A stretch of DNA of 64,000 nt, taken from the NCBI GenBank assembly GCA_963789825.1, contig CAWBME010000005.1, positions 257,239 to 321,238 on the forward strand, given 5' to 3'. This DNA comes from an uncultured Chloroflexia bacterium. GTDB taxonomy: Bacteria; Chloroflexota; Anaerolineae; Anaerolineales; E44-bin32. Both the position numbers and the translations under genes were made by a program. A model generated the notes under the pieces. It saw only the letters and a program-made list of their open reading frames with translations. It had not been told where the DNA came from and did not search any database. Each line of letters begins with the position of its first letter. Within the stretch, counting starts at the first letter, position 1. Positions 44,380 to 55,525 of the stretch are shown here, one piece after another.

Positions 44380-45449
44380 GTCATGGCCAGCGTGCCGCGG
44401 AAGCGCGCGTAGGTGGCGTAGTCGATCTCGGTGCGGCGCTCGATGTAGGTCTGGGTGCTGGGAGCGCGGCCGCGCCGATCGACCAGCCGCTCGGTGGCCA
44501 CCAGATGGAAGGCGTCCGAGCCGGCGCCCGAGCCATACGAGACGAGCAGAATCCGGTCGCCCGGCCGGGCCAGGTCCAGCACGGCGGTCAACCCCACCAG
44601 CGCCGAGCCGGCGTAGGTGTTGCCGATGAGCGGGACGAGCAGGCCGGGCGCGATCTGCTCAGGCTTGAAGCCCAGCGTCTTGCCGATGCGCTGAGGGAAC
44701 TTGGTGTTCGGCTGGTGGAAGACGACGTAGGCGTAGTCAGAAGGGCGGGTGCCCAATCCGCGCAGCATGGCCTCCGCCGCCTCGGTGATGTGCTTGAAGT
44801 AGGCCGGCTCGCCGGTGAACCGCTCCCCGTGCTCGGGATACTTTTCGTGCGCCCGACGCCAGAAGTCGGGTGTGTCGGTGGCGTAGGACAGCGAGGCCTC
44901 GATCAGGCAGAGCGAAGTCTCCGCCGGACCGAGCAGGTAGGCTGCGCCGCCCGAGGCCGCGGTGTACTCCAGCGCGTCGCCCGGACGAGCTTGGGCGATG
45001 TCCATGCCGATCGCCAGGGCGTGCGGCGCCATGCCGGAACCGACGAAGCCAATGGCTGCCTGAAAGGCCTCGGTGCCGGCCTTGCAGGCGAACTCCCAGT
45101 CGGCAGCCTGCGTGAAGGGCGTGGCGCCGATCGCTTCGGCCACCAGGGTTGAGGTGGGCTTGACCGCGTAGGGGTGCGACTCCGAACCGACCCAGACGGC
45201 GCGGATGGTGGAGGGATCGATGTCCGCCCGGGCCAGCGCGTTGCGGGCGGCCTCGATCGACATCGTCACAACGTCCTCATCCATCCCGGCGACCGCCTTC
45301 TCCTTGACCGGCAGTCCAGCGGCGCCGGCGTGCCATACCCGGGCGACCTCGCGTGCCGGCAGGCGGTAGCGGGGGATATAGGCGCCATAGCCGACGATGC
45401 CGACTGGGCGGACCGGCCGCAGCAGGGGGGTTGGTCCAGCTTCTGTCAT
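44376..45449 (-). CDS. Hydroxymethylglutaryl-CoA synthase (archaeal-type)
   Basis: ...[15 protein letters not shown]..., ...[12 protein letters not shown]..., ...[13 protein letters not shown]..., ...[10 protein letters not shown]..., ...GNTYAGSAL.... Its stop overlaps the start of the downstream thiolase-like gene. Confidence 0.85.
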   Translation of the reverse strand: MTEAGPTPLLRPVRPVGIVGYGAYIPRYRLPAREVARVWHAGAAGLPVKEKAVAGMDEDVVTMSIEAARNALARADIDPSTIRAVWVGSESHPYAVKPTSTLVAEAIGATPFTQAADWEFACKAGTEAFQAAIGFVGSGMAPHALAIGMDIAQARPGDALEYTAASGGAAYLLGPAETSLCLIEASLSYATDTPDFWRRAHEKYPEHGERFTGEPAYFKHITEAAEAMLRGLGTRPSDYAYVVFHQPNTKFPQRIGKTLGFKPEQIAPGLLVPLIGNTYAGSALVGLTAVLDLARPGDRILLVSYGSGAGSDAFHLVATERLVDRRGRAPSTQTYIERRTEIDYATYARFRGTLAMT

Positions 45450-45480
45450 AGGGAAAGCTCCCGGTTCCGCAGCCGCCGCC

Positions 45481-46809
<1,329 letters not shown>

Positions 46810-46988
46810 CGCCCGGTTTATAGGCTGTCCAAGCTGGCAAAAGCTATCAGCCTGGGTGCCGCCCCTGCGGCGGGCGAGGATAGGGTAGAATCCGCAGGCG
46901 GATGAGACCAGCGGTGAGCCCGGACCCACGTCCAGCACGCAACAACCCCTCGCACAATGCCCTGCCGGCGACCGACCCAATCGAGTCG

Positions 46989-48692
46989 ATGCGGTCCCTT
47001 CACCGCGCCACCCTCAGCCTGTACTCCGATCTCTCGCTGGATGGTGTGTTGCACCGGATCACCAGCGCCGCCCGCGAACTCTCCGGCGCGGAGTACGCCG
47101 CCCTGGGGATCCCGGACGGACACGGAGGGCTTGAGAAGTTCATCCCGGTCGGGATGAGCGAGGAACAAATCCAACGCATCGATCATCACCCGGTCGGGGA
47201 GGGGCTGATCGGGGAAATGCTGCGGCGAGGCGAAAGCATCCGCCTGGACAACCTGTCCCAGCACCCGAAGTCGATCGGGTTTCCGCTCGGCCATCCGCCG
47301 ATGCGCTCGTTCCTCGGCGTGCCAATCTCCGCCTATGGCCGGTCGATTGGGCAGCTCTACCTCACCGAGAAACGCGGCGACGCAGCCTTCACCGAGGAAG
47401 ACCAGCGCCTGATCGAGATGCTGGCCTCGCATGCCGCAGCCGCCATCGAAAACGCCAGGTTGTACCGGCAGGTGTTGGAGAGCGAAAAGGAGCTGTCCCA
47501 GCGCAACGAGGAACTCGAACTGTTCAACACCCTGGCTACCGCAGTGAGCTCGGCGCTCGAGCTGGATGAGCTGCTGGAGTCGATGCTGCCGCATGTGATT
47601 CAGCTGTTCGGCGCGGAGGCGGGCGAAGTCTTTCTGCGCGAGGAAGGCACGAGCGCCTACCGCCTGGCGCTGCTCAAGGGCGACAGCCCGCGCCCGTTCT
47701 GGGAGCTGGACCACTTCCATCTGGGCGAGGGATTCGTCGGGGGTGTGGCACTGGCCGGCAAACCCGCCTGGACCGATAACCTGTCGGACGAGCCGCGCTT
47801 CCTCTCCCCGGCCTTGGCGCGTTCAGGGTTCGAGGCGCTGGTCGGCGTACCGCTCACGGCGCGCGGCCAGGTGGTGGGTGTGCTCGACATGGCCTTCCGC
47901 TCGCCGCGGCGGATCACCTCGCGCGAGGCCGGCCTGCTGGAAGCGGTGGGCGCAGGCGTCGGCGTGGCGGTGGACAATGCCCGTCTCTACCGCGATGCTC
48001 GGCGGCTGGCTGTGCTCGAGGAGCGCGAGCGCATCGGGATGGACCTGCACGACGGGATCATCCAATCGATCTACGCCGTGGGTCTGAACCTGGAGTCCGC
48101 TCGCCTGCTGTTCGATGACTCCGCCGAGAAAGCCATGGAGCTGATCCCTCAGGCGATCGATGCTCTCAATGCCACCATCCGCGACATCCGCAATTACATC
48201 CTCGACCTGCAGCCCAGCCGCATTCCGACAGGCGATCTGGCCAAGGCACTGGGACGCCTGGTGCGTGAGTTCCGCGCCAACACGCTCTCCGAGACCGATC
48301 TGCAATTGGAGGCGGCGGCGCTGGTGAGGCTGGCGCCGGAGGTCTCGACCTCGCTGTTCATGATTGCCCAGGAAGCGCTGGCCAACGTCGCCAAACACGC
48401 CCGCGCCTCGCGCGCCTGGGTCAGCCTGCGCATGATCGGCGGAGAGGTTTGCCTGCAGATCATCGACAACGGTGGCGGGTTCGACGCCGAGCATGCCTCC
48501 CGCGTGCTGGGCCATGGCATGTCGAACATGGCTTCCCGGGCACGGCAGATCGACGGCGAACTGGAAGTGGTTTCGGAGCCAGGCGAAGGCACGACGTTGA
48601 CCGTGCGCCTGCCGGGACAAAGCGGTAACGTGCCGCTACCGGTAGGCTCGCAGACCGAAGAAGGCAGCTCCTCGCTCGATTCCTCGCTCTGA
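46989..48692 (+). CDS. GAF-GAF sensor histidine kinase (HisKA_3 / NarX-DegS type)
   Basis: Two GAF-like regions, then the H-box ...EERERIGMDLHDGIIQSIYAVGL... and an HATPase domain (...GHGMSNMASRARQIDGELEVVSEPGEGTTLTVRLP). An alternative start exists at 46902. Confidence 0.85.
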   Translation: MRSLHRATLSLYSDLSLDGVLHRITSAARELSGAEYAALGIPDGHGGLEKFIPVGMSEEQIQRIDHHPVGEGLIGEMLRRGESIRLDNLSQHPKSIGFPLGHPPMRSFLGVPISAYGRSIGQLYLTEKRGDAAFTEEDQRLIEMLASHAAAAIENARLYRQVLESEKELSQRNEELELFNTLATAVSSALELDELLESMLPHVIQLFGAEAGEVFLREEGTSAYRLALLKGDSPRPFWELDHFHLGEGFVGGVALAGKPAWTDNLSDEPRFLSPALARSGFEALVGVPLTARGQVVGVLDMAFRSPRRITSREAGLLEAVGAGVGVAVDNARLYRDARRLAVLEERERIGMDLHDGIIQSIYAVGLNLESARLLFDDSAEKAMELIPQAIDALNATIRDIRNYILDLQPSRIPTGDLAKALGRLVREFRANTLSETDLQLEAAALVRLAPEVSTSLFMIAQEALANVAKHARASRAWVSLRMIGGEVCLQIIDNGGGFDAEHASRVLGHGMSNMASRARQIDGELEVVSEPGEGTTLTVRLPGQSGNVPLPVGSQTEEGSSSLDSSL

Positions 48693-48778
48693 TAGGTGGC
48701 CTGTCACAAGGGGACAGGTATCACTACAGCCCATCTGCCCGGCTTCCTATACTGAAGGCTGCCGGGGGATGGCCTGAC

Positions 48779-49147
48779 GTGAATCCGGCCTTGGTCTACA
48801 TTGTCGACGAGCACGAACCCGTTCGGGGTGCCCTGGCCGAACGGCTCGGGCGCGCCGAGGGGATCGCCATCCTCGGTCACTCGGGGGAGGTCGGCCAGGT
48901 CATGCAGGACACGCTCGACGACCACCCCGATGTCGTGCTGCTGGAAATCAAGCGCACCGACGGCATGGGCGTCGAGCTGCTGCGCCAGCTGACGCACCTT
49001 CCCGACCCACCGCAAGTGATCGTCCTGACCTCGTATCCAACGGAGTGGGAAAAGGATGCGGCCCGCCGTGCGGGGGCCGCCGCGTACCTGCTGAAGGAGA
49101 TCGACTCGGACGAGTTGATCCGTTACATCGAGGACATCGCCGGCTGA
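48779..49147 (+). CDS. Stand-alone receiver (REC) domain protein with Glu at the phospho-acceptor position
   Basis: VYIVDEHEPVR..., ...PDVVLLEIKRTDGMGVELL... (Glu where the conserved Asp is expected), ...VIVLTSY..., ...YLLKEID.... GTG start. Confidence 0.75.
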   Translation: MNPALVYIVDEHEPVRGALAERLGRAEGIAILGHSGEVGQVMQDTLDDHPDVVLLEIKRTDGMGVELLRQLTHLPDPPQVIVLTSYPTEWEKDAARRAGAAAYLLKEIDSDELIRYIEDIAG

Positions 49148-49181
49148 CCGCCGGCGGGCGGCGTCCGCCCGGGCGCCGAGG

Positions 49182-49379
49182 CTAGCTTCTCAAGTACTGC
49201 GTCTTGAGAAAGTAGTCCAGCCAGATGAAGGTCAGGCTGGCGAACGCCAGGCAGATCAACAGCGCATTGCTCAGCGAGAACTTGTCCAGTGTGGTGTTGA
49301 AGGCCAGGATCGCCCCGGCGCTGGCGGCGAGGCCAACGACCAGCGAGATCCCCCAGACAGCTGCACGACGAACCCTCAT
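49182..49379 (-). CDS. Small hypothetical two-TM membrane protein
   Basis: MRVRRAAVWGISLVVGLAASAGAILAFNTTLDKFSLSNALLICLAFASLTFIWLDYFLK. I recognise no family. Confidence 0.35.
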   Translation of the reverse strand: MRVRRAAVWGISLVVGLAASAGAILAFNTTLDKFSLSNALLICLAFASLTFIWLDYFLKTQYLRS

Positions 49380-49777
49380 GGCTGACCACTCCCAAATCCG
49401 AGTAACTCGGGTGATTTTACCGGCCACCACGCCGACCGTCAAGCTCCGGAGGAGATCCCGGCAAAGCAGGACGCCCGGTCCTTACCCCCGCCTCCGTTGG
49501 AGCGAGCCCAGGCGCGCCCGCCCGGGCTGACCTGGCCTCCTGCCTCACTGGCGTGCCCGTCTCCGCCGTCGGGTGCGGCCTCGCGCATGCCAGCCCAGCG
49601 GATTGCAGGCCGTCAGCGGAACAGCGCACCTTCGGGGAGCGACGGACCGAAGCGATGTGAAGTGGAGTGAGCGAATGGGCATGGCCGCGGCCGGGGCGCT
49701 CCGGGCCCCGACCTGCGACTTCGACTGACTCAGCGCGTTGCGCTCAAGGGTAGCTGCGCAGGCGTGAGCCTTCGAGG

Positions 49778-50275
49778 TCAAGAGGGCCCAGGGTGTGACG
49801 GCTCTTCCTGGTGCAGCTCCCGCAGGATCTCCAGGATCTCGGCGTTCTCGGGAATCTCCGACATGGAATGACCGTAGTGGGCATAGCGGGCGGTTCCCTG
49901 GCGGTCGACGATCACCTGCGCCGGCATGCGCCCCAACTTGAACAGGTTGACCTCCTGCCCGAACAGCCGGAGCACCTTGTGCTCGGGATCGGGAAGGCCG
50001 ATGAACGGCAGGTCGTGCTCGGCCCAGTAGGCGCGAAAGGCGTCGGCGGTGTCTGGCCCAACGACGACGATCTCGGCGCCGGCGGCGACAAACTGGGGAT
50101 GGTCCAGGCGCAACTGCGCCATGTGCCGGCGGCAGAACGGTCAGGTGAAGCCGCGATTGAAAACCAGGACGAGCGCCTTCTCCCTCGACAGGTCGGACAG
50201 GCGGAACGACTTGCCAGTGAAGTCCTGGAGTTCGAAATCCGGCGCCGGCAGACCCAGGGCGGCCTTGGGGCTCAT
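49778..50275 (-). CDS. PRX_like2-type thioredoxin-fold protein; probable selenoprotein with U-P-F-C redox motif (TGA at 50141-50143 read as Sec)
   Basis: MSPKAALGLPAPDFELQDFTGKSFRLSDLSREKALVLVFNRGFT-U-PFCRRHMAQLRLDHPQFVAAGAEIVVVGPD...MPAQVIVDRQGTARY.... The TGA is in frame and sits at the first Cys of the FxRGxWCPxC motif. GGAGGTG RBS before ATG 50275. Confidence 0.7.
50114..50135 (-). promoter_or_regulatory. Candidate SECIS hairpin 5 nt 3' of the in-frame UGA
   Basis: The minus-strand RNA CUGC(C)GCC-GGCACAU-GGCGCAG forms a 7-bp stem with one bulged C and a 7-nt loop beginning GG. Confidence 0.4.
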
Positions 50276-51286
50276 GGCAACACCTCCACGTTCGATGCGA
50301 CTGCAGCACGGGTGAACGAATTCGAGATGGCCCTGCAGGAACTGCCGCAGCACGGGCAGCAAGGCCTGCGGGCACTCCTCCTGCGGAAGGTGGCCGCACT
50401 CGGGCAGCACGACCCATCCTGCCCCCGGGATCAGCTCGGCGACGCGCTGGCTGTCCTCGGGCGGTACGATCTGATCGCTGGCCCCGGTGACCACCAGTGT
50501 GGGAACCGAGACCTCGGGCAGGCGGGCTTCCAGCCCAAGCGGCTGGCTGGCTCGCCTCAGCTCCCACAGCGCAACGTCCCAATGGTCGGCCCGGAGAGGC
50601 TTATCGTATCCCTGGCGGATCTCGGGCGTGATGCGGCTTGGATCGTGCCAGGCCAGGTCCAGCAACATCCGACTTCTCCCAATGAAGGTGCGCGCAATCA
50701 GCGGGCCGAGGCGATCGATCGGCGGCAGGCGATAGAGCCACGTCGGGCCCGGTGGCCCCCCAACCTCGAGCACCGCCGGGGAGATCAACACCAGGCCGAG
50801 CACGCGTTCCGGATGCTCCAGCGCCGCTTGGACGGCGATCGCTCCCCCGGCGGAGTTGCCCACCAGCACGGCCTGTTCGATAGACTGCGAGTCCATCAAT
50901 TCCAGCAGCAGGTCGACCTGCGCCTCGGCGCTGTATGGGCTCTCAGCCTGCCACGTCCCGGGCAGCGGGCGTTCGGTCAGTCCGAACGCCGGACGGTCGT
51001 AGGCGATCACGCTGCCGGACTGTGCCAGAGGCTCGAGCACCTCGTGCCAACTGAACAGGCTGGCGCCAAAGCCGTGCAGCAGGATGATGGCCGGCTCGCC
51101 ATCGCCGGCGGCTTTGAAGTGCACGCGCAGGTCGTTGGCCGTGGCGAACTGGCTGTCGGGATCGGCCAGACTGGCGGGAGGCACGCTGTCAGGCAGTTCT
51201 GGAATCGGGATCACCATGGGCAGTGCCAGGAGAGCCAGCAGCAACAGACCCAGCAGGATGGCAACCCCGCGGATGGCGGTGGTCAT
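50276..51286 (-). CDS. Alpha/beta hydrolase (membrane-anchored); as assembled it has no stop codon before the downstream redoxin gene
   Basis: MTTAIRGVAILLGLLLLALLALPMV..., ...AIILLHGFGASLFSW..., ...VLVGNSAGGAIA..., ...PECGHLPQEE.... The frame runs on through ...FVHPCCSRIERGGVA into MSPKAAL.... Confidence 0.7.
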
Positions 51287-52036
51287 GGCCGGGCGCCGTC
51301 GACTTCGGCCAGAAGGGCAAGGGTTGCTTGCACGACCAGGTCCTGCTGCTGGTCGGGCGAAATGGCCGCCGGGTGCGAGCCGGGCTGCGGCGGATAGCGG
51401 CCGAATTGGGCGTGATTCCCTCCGACGATCTCGACGTAGTGGGTGTGCAGCCGGAATCACGGCACGACGAGCGCGGCGATGGTCTCGGGCTGGACCAGCC
51501 GATCGTCCGTTGCCGTAGATCGATGGTGCGCGGGAATGGTCAGCCGGGAGAGGTCATCGTCATCGGCGGGAATGGCGGCCCACAGCACCAGGCCGGTCGC
51601 ACGCGTTCGGGTGTTGCGGACAAAGCGGGCGGCGGCAATCGCCCCGCCGAGGGAGTGCCCGGCCAATGACCCACTGCCGAATTGCGGGAAGGCCTGCATC
51701 GCGGCCTGACGGCCGCGTTGGGCGCCAGCAAGGCAAGATTGAACGGCATGGGGACGGTCAGGATGGTGATAGCCTCGATCGGCGATCGCCGCGCACCGTT
51801 CGGCGTAGATGCGCGGATCGACCCGGGCGCCCGGGTACAGGATCGAGACCGGTGGCGCGCGCTCGGTGCCGGCAGGAAGGCGATCCATGGATCGAGCTGC
51901 ACGGCCAGTCTGGCTTCGGCGACCAGCGCGGCAAGCGCCTCGGGCTCCGGTTGCGCCGGGGTCCAGACCCAGATGGCGCACCCACCAGCAGCGCCGCTCA
52001 GGGCAGCCCGCCAGGAGGATGAGCAATACGCTCCAT
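51283..52036 (-). pseudogene. Alpha/beta hydrolase paralog B, heavily disrupted (about five frame changes plus an in-frame TGA at 51457-51459)
   Basis: Pieces in three frames align to paralog A: ...QLDPWIAFLPA / ERAPPVSILYPGARVDPRIYAERCAAIADRGY / ITILTVPMPFNLALLAPNAA / AAMQAFPQFGSGSLAGHSLGGAIAAARF...LVLWAAIPADDDD...ALVVP-stop-FRLHTHYVEIVGGNHAQFGRY...GARP. Confidence 0.5.
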
Positions 52037-52088
52037 CTCGCCCTCTCGCGCGCTTGCGTCCATCAGTCGAGGGTCGACAGCCAGATGC

Positions 52089-52965
52089 TCACGTGCGTAG
52101 GCCGGCCGGGCATCGCGTGGAAGGCAGGTGCCGACGCCGACGACTACCATCGATCCGCACCTCGCTGGCCAAGCCGTCAGGCGCATCCGGCCGAGATCGC
52201 GAAGCCCTATGCCGGTCTCCATCGACACGCTGGAGCAAGGCCAGCGTGGCCGCATCAATATGATCCCACTGTTCGTTGGCGGAGATGGTCGCCGGATTGT
52301 CGCCGGTCTGCGGCCCATAGTCGCCGAACTGGGCGTGGTTGCCTCCAGCAATCTCGACGAAGGCCGTGTCCGCTGGGAGCAAGGCCTCGAGGCAGGATGG
52401 TCATCGGGTCGGACGAGGCCATCGAGCGAGCCGGAGATCGAGGCCGCCGGCAGGCCGCTGGTCGAGAGGTCGTCGCCGCCGGCAGGATAGGCGGCCCACA
52501 GCACGAGGCCATCCGTCCGATCCGGATGCTGTGCGGCGAAGTTGGCGGCCATGGCGCCGCCCAACGAGTGGCCGCCGACCACCCAGCGTTCGATCCCAGG
52601 ATATGCCTGCATCACTTCCAGCGCGCGGCCGGGAGCGAACACGGCCAGGTTGAGCGGCATCGGCACGATCACCGTGAGATAGCCGGCCTCGGCCAGGCGG
52701 CGTGCAGTGACGGCGTAGGCACGCGGATCGACACGGCCGCCCGGGTACAGGATCAGCGCCGGTCGGCTTGGGCTCGGCGGGGGTGAAGGTGATCCATGGG
52801 ATCCTGTGAGACTTCGACTTGGCCGTCGGAGACCAGGGCGGCCAACGCCGCCGCTTGCGGCTGCGCCGCGTCCGATGCCCACACGGTGAAGGCAAGAACG
52901 GCGAGGCAGATCACTGCCGCCAGGCCCGCCAGCAGCCACAGTCCTTTGCGCACCACGGGTCTCAT
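52089..52965 (-). pseudogene. Alpha/beta hydrolase paralog A, three apparent frameshifts (near 52800, 52760, 52385)
   Basis: MRPVVRKGLWLLAGLAAVICLAVLAF...EVSQDP / WITFTPAEPKPTG / ALILYPGGRVDPRAYAV...VVGGHSLGGAMAANF...LVLWAAYPAGGDD... / LLPADTAFVEIAGGNHAQFGDYG.... This could be an intact gene with assembly errors. Confidence 0.45.
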
Positions 52966-53147
52966 GCGAAACCGCCTCCGTGACTAGTGACGCGCCGAAA
53001 GGCGACGCGCAGTGCCTCGCCCCGTCCGCGGACGGACCGGAACCGGCACCGGCTGCGGCGGGGCAGGTGGGCGCAGGGAGCGGGCGAGATCGAGCAGCGC
53101 GGCCCTCAGCTCCGACCAGAGGGAGGGCGCGAGCGAGTCCTTGGGAT

Positions 53148-53564
53148 TCATGTCTCTTCTCCTCCTGCGGCTCGTTCCGCAGGCGAATCGATGCGGATGG
53201 TTGCCCAGCTACCACGCCTCAACTTCATCATGACCTCGAAGCCTCTGAGCTGCAAGCCATACTTCTTGCGGAAGAGCCGCTGAGCGAGGTCGGCCTGCTC
53301 GGGGGGTGCGAGCTGTGCGCGGGCTTCGATCCACTCGCCTTTGGGATTCCCCTGGGCATCGCTCGGCACGAGGCGCACGCGTGCCTGATGGCGGATGCGC
53401 TTGACCTTGCCGCTGTCTGCCTGGGTGCGCACGAACAAGCGGCCCTGGTCTTCGGCAAACCAGACCGGGGTGCGCACACCGACGCCAGATCGGCGGAAGG
53501 TTTCCAGGTTGAGGTACTGGTGCCCGGTGAGGGCATCGGTCCATTGGCTTGCGTTGGTTGGCAT
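53148..53564 (-). CDS. PPOX-class (pyridoxamine 5'-phosphate oxidase-like) probable F420/FMN-binding protein
   Basis: ...HQYLNLETFRRSGVGVRTPVWFAEDQGRLFVRTQADSGKVKRIRHQARVRLVPSD...; 138 aa. Confidence 0.7.
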   Translation of the reverse strand: MPTNASQWTDALTGHQYLNLETFRRSGVGVRTPVWFAEDQGRLFVRTQADSGKVKRIRHQARVRLVPSDAQGNPKGEWIEARAQLAPPEQADLAQRLFRKKYGLQLRGFEVMMKLRRGSWATIRIDSPAERAAGGEET

Positions 53565-53568
53565 CTCG

Positions 53569-54436
53569 TTATGGCTCCAGGGAGGGCAGCGTGGCCGGAC
53601 GAACGTCGACGCTCACGCCGAAGTGCTCCTGCTGGCTGCGGCTGAGGCGCTGCCAGCCCTCGCGGCAGTGCGCCGCGCAGCATCCACCCCATCCCGGCTG
53701 CCCGCACGATGCGCCCGGTCTGCCCGTCGGTCGCCGAGCTGGCCAGCCAGACCGCGCGCTGCGCCGGGATTTCGGCATCCTGGGCCCACATGCGCACGAT
53801 CGTCTCCATCACCCGCAGCCGGCCCTCGAACCCTTCGACCGCCGCGGGCCGGATCAGCATGTCGGTGCGCACCATCCCGGGCAGAAAACCGAACACGCCG
53901 ATGCCGCTCTGGCGGTACTCCTTGGCCAGGGACAGCGTGAATGAGCGCATCCAGGCCTTGCTGGCGGCATAGGCGTTCTGATAGGCGACCGGGCGATCGG
54001 CGCCGCGCCCCAGGACGTTGATCAACTTGCCGGAGCGGCGTGGAAGAAAGTAGCGCATCGCTTCGCGGCTTCCCCAGTAGGTCCCGAGGATGTTGGCTTG
54101 CACGACGGCGGTGAAATCGCGTGGGTCGACGTGCATCGTGGCGCCATACGGGGCAGAAAGGCCGGCATTGTTCACCCAAATGTCGACGCCGCCGAACTGC
54201 TCCTGTGCCAGCCTGCCAAGCCTGCGAACCTGATCACCGTCGGCCACATCCACCGCCAGGCCAGCCGCCCGCCGTCCAGCCTGCGTCAGCTGCGACAGAG
54301 CGGCTTCGACGGAATCCGCCTGCCGAGAGCCAATGACAACGGCCGCGCCCTGCGCTAGGTAGGCGTGTGCGATCGCCAGGCCGAGGCCGCGTGTGCCGCC
54401 GGTGATCACTGCCACTTTGCCGTCCAGTACGCCCAT
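53569..54436 (-). CDS. Short-chain dehydrogenase/reductase (SDR); apparent frameshift near 53680
   Basis: MGVLDGKVAVITGGTRGLGLAIA... (TGxxxGxG), ...NNAG..., ...YAASKAW... (YxxxK). The C-terminal tail continues in ORF 53569..53778. Confidence 0.8.
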
Positions 54437-54576
54437 CTCGGTCTCCGGCCTGTCTGCGCGGCTCTGGGCCGCGCTATTCCATCCTATCACGGGGACAAGG
54501 TTTTGTCAAGGTTACGTCCATATTCGCCGGGGAGGCGAACCGCAAGCCTGCCGGCGGAGGGGACGCCCGGGTGTGC

Positions 54577-55525
54577 TCACGTGGCGGCGGCCTCGTCCAG
54601 GGCGGCAACCTCTTGGGCGCTCAACTGCCACCCCATGGCACCGGCGTTCTCCGTGGCTTGGGCGGCGTTCTTGGCGCCAGGTATGGCCACGGCGCCTTTG
54701 GCGATCACCCAGTTCAGCGCCACCTGCGAGGGTGTCTTGTCTGCGTGTTCCCGCCCGATCTGCCGGAGCAGGTCGAGAAGGCGTGCCAGACGGTCTGAAG
54801 GAACACGAGACGCCATCCAGCGCCGCATGCCGGGAGGCCGGTTGCCCTCACCGTACTTCCCGGTCAGCAGGCCTTGGGCGAGGGGACTGTAGGCAATCAA
54901 GGTGATCGAGTGCTGCCGGCAGGCGTCCAGCAGGCCGTTGGTCTCCGGCTGACGCGCCAGCAGGCTGAAGCGGACCTGGTTGGAGGCCAGCGGCAGGCCA
55001 TACCGGTCCAACGCCTCGGCCGCCTCCAGCATCTGCTGTCGGTTGTAGTTGGAGACGCCGATCGCGCGCCACCAGCCCCAACTCGTGGGCCTCGGCCATG
55101 GCCTGCATCCAGGTGTGGATGGCGACCGGCGGCAACGGCTGATGAATCTGATACAGGTCCACTCGCCGCGCGCCGATCCGCTCGAGACTGCGCCGCAGGG
55201 CGTTGAGCAACTCTCGCCGGCGCAGCCTCCAGGGAAAGGGCATGAACTTGGTGGCCAGGACGACCTGGCCCGGGGATTGGCGCAGATACTCTCCGAGCAG
55301 ACGCTCCGAAGTCCCATGGCTGTACACCTCGGCCGTGTCCACCCAGTTCACGCCGGCCCGGCGTGAGACGTCGAAGGCCTGCTGCACATCGTGCAGCTGA
55401 TGCGTCGAGCCATAGGACCAGAACCAGCGGTCGCCCCACTGCCAGGCGCCCAGCCCGATGGGGCTGATGCGGACCTCGGACTTCCCCAGGGGCAGCGTGC
55501 TGTCGAACTCGGATCGAAGACTCAT
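54577..55525 (-). CDS. Aldo/keto reductase; apparent frameshift near 55068
   Basis: The N-terminal half MSLRSEFDSTLPLGKSEVRISPIGLGAWQWG...VNWVDTAEVYSHGTSERLLGE...VDLYQIHQP... is in ORF 54848..55624. The C-terminal half ...RAIGVSNYNRQQM...LIAYSPLAQGLLTGKY...ALNWVIAKGAVAIPGAKN... is in ORF 54577..55317. Confidence 0.8.

Noticed and set aside
49443-49777. The 335-bp non-coding gap next to the Sec-redoxin gene as a possible tRNA-Sec (selC) or other RNA gene
   Set aside because: I scanned both strands by eye and found no T-loop (GGTTCRAnYC) with flanking stems, no UCA anticodon loop and no 8-bp acceptor stem.
51457-51459. In-frame TGA in hydrolase paralog B as a third Sec codon
   Set aside because: It does not align with a Cys or redox motif (paralog A has ...SRPLLPAD... 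there). The gene is otherwise broken by multiple frame changes. A nonsense mutation in a pseudogene or an error is more likely.
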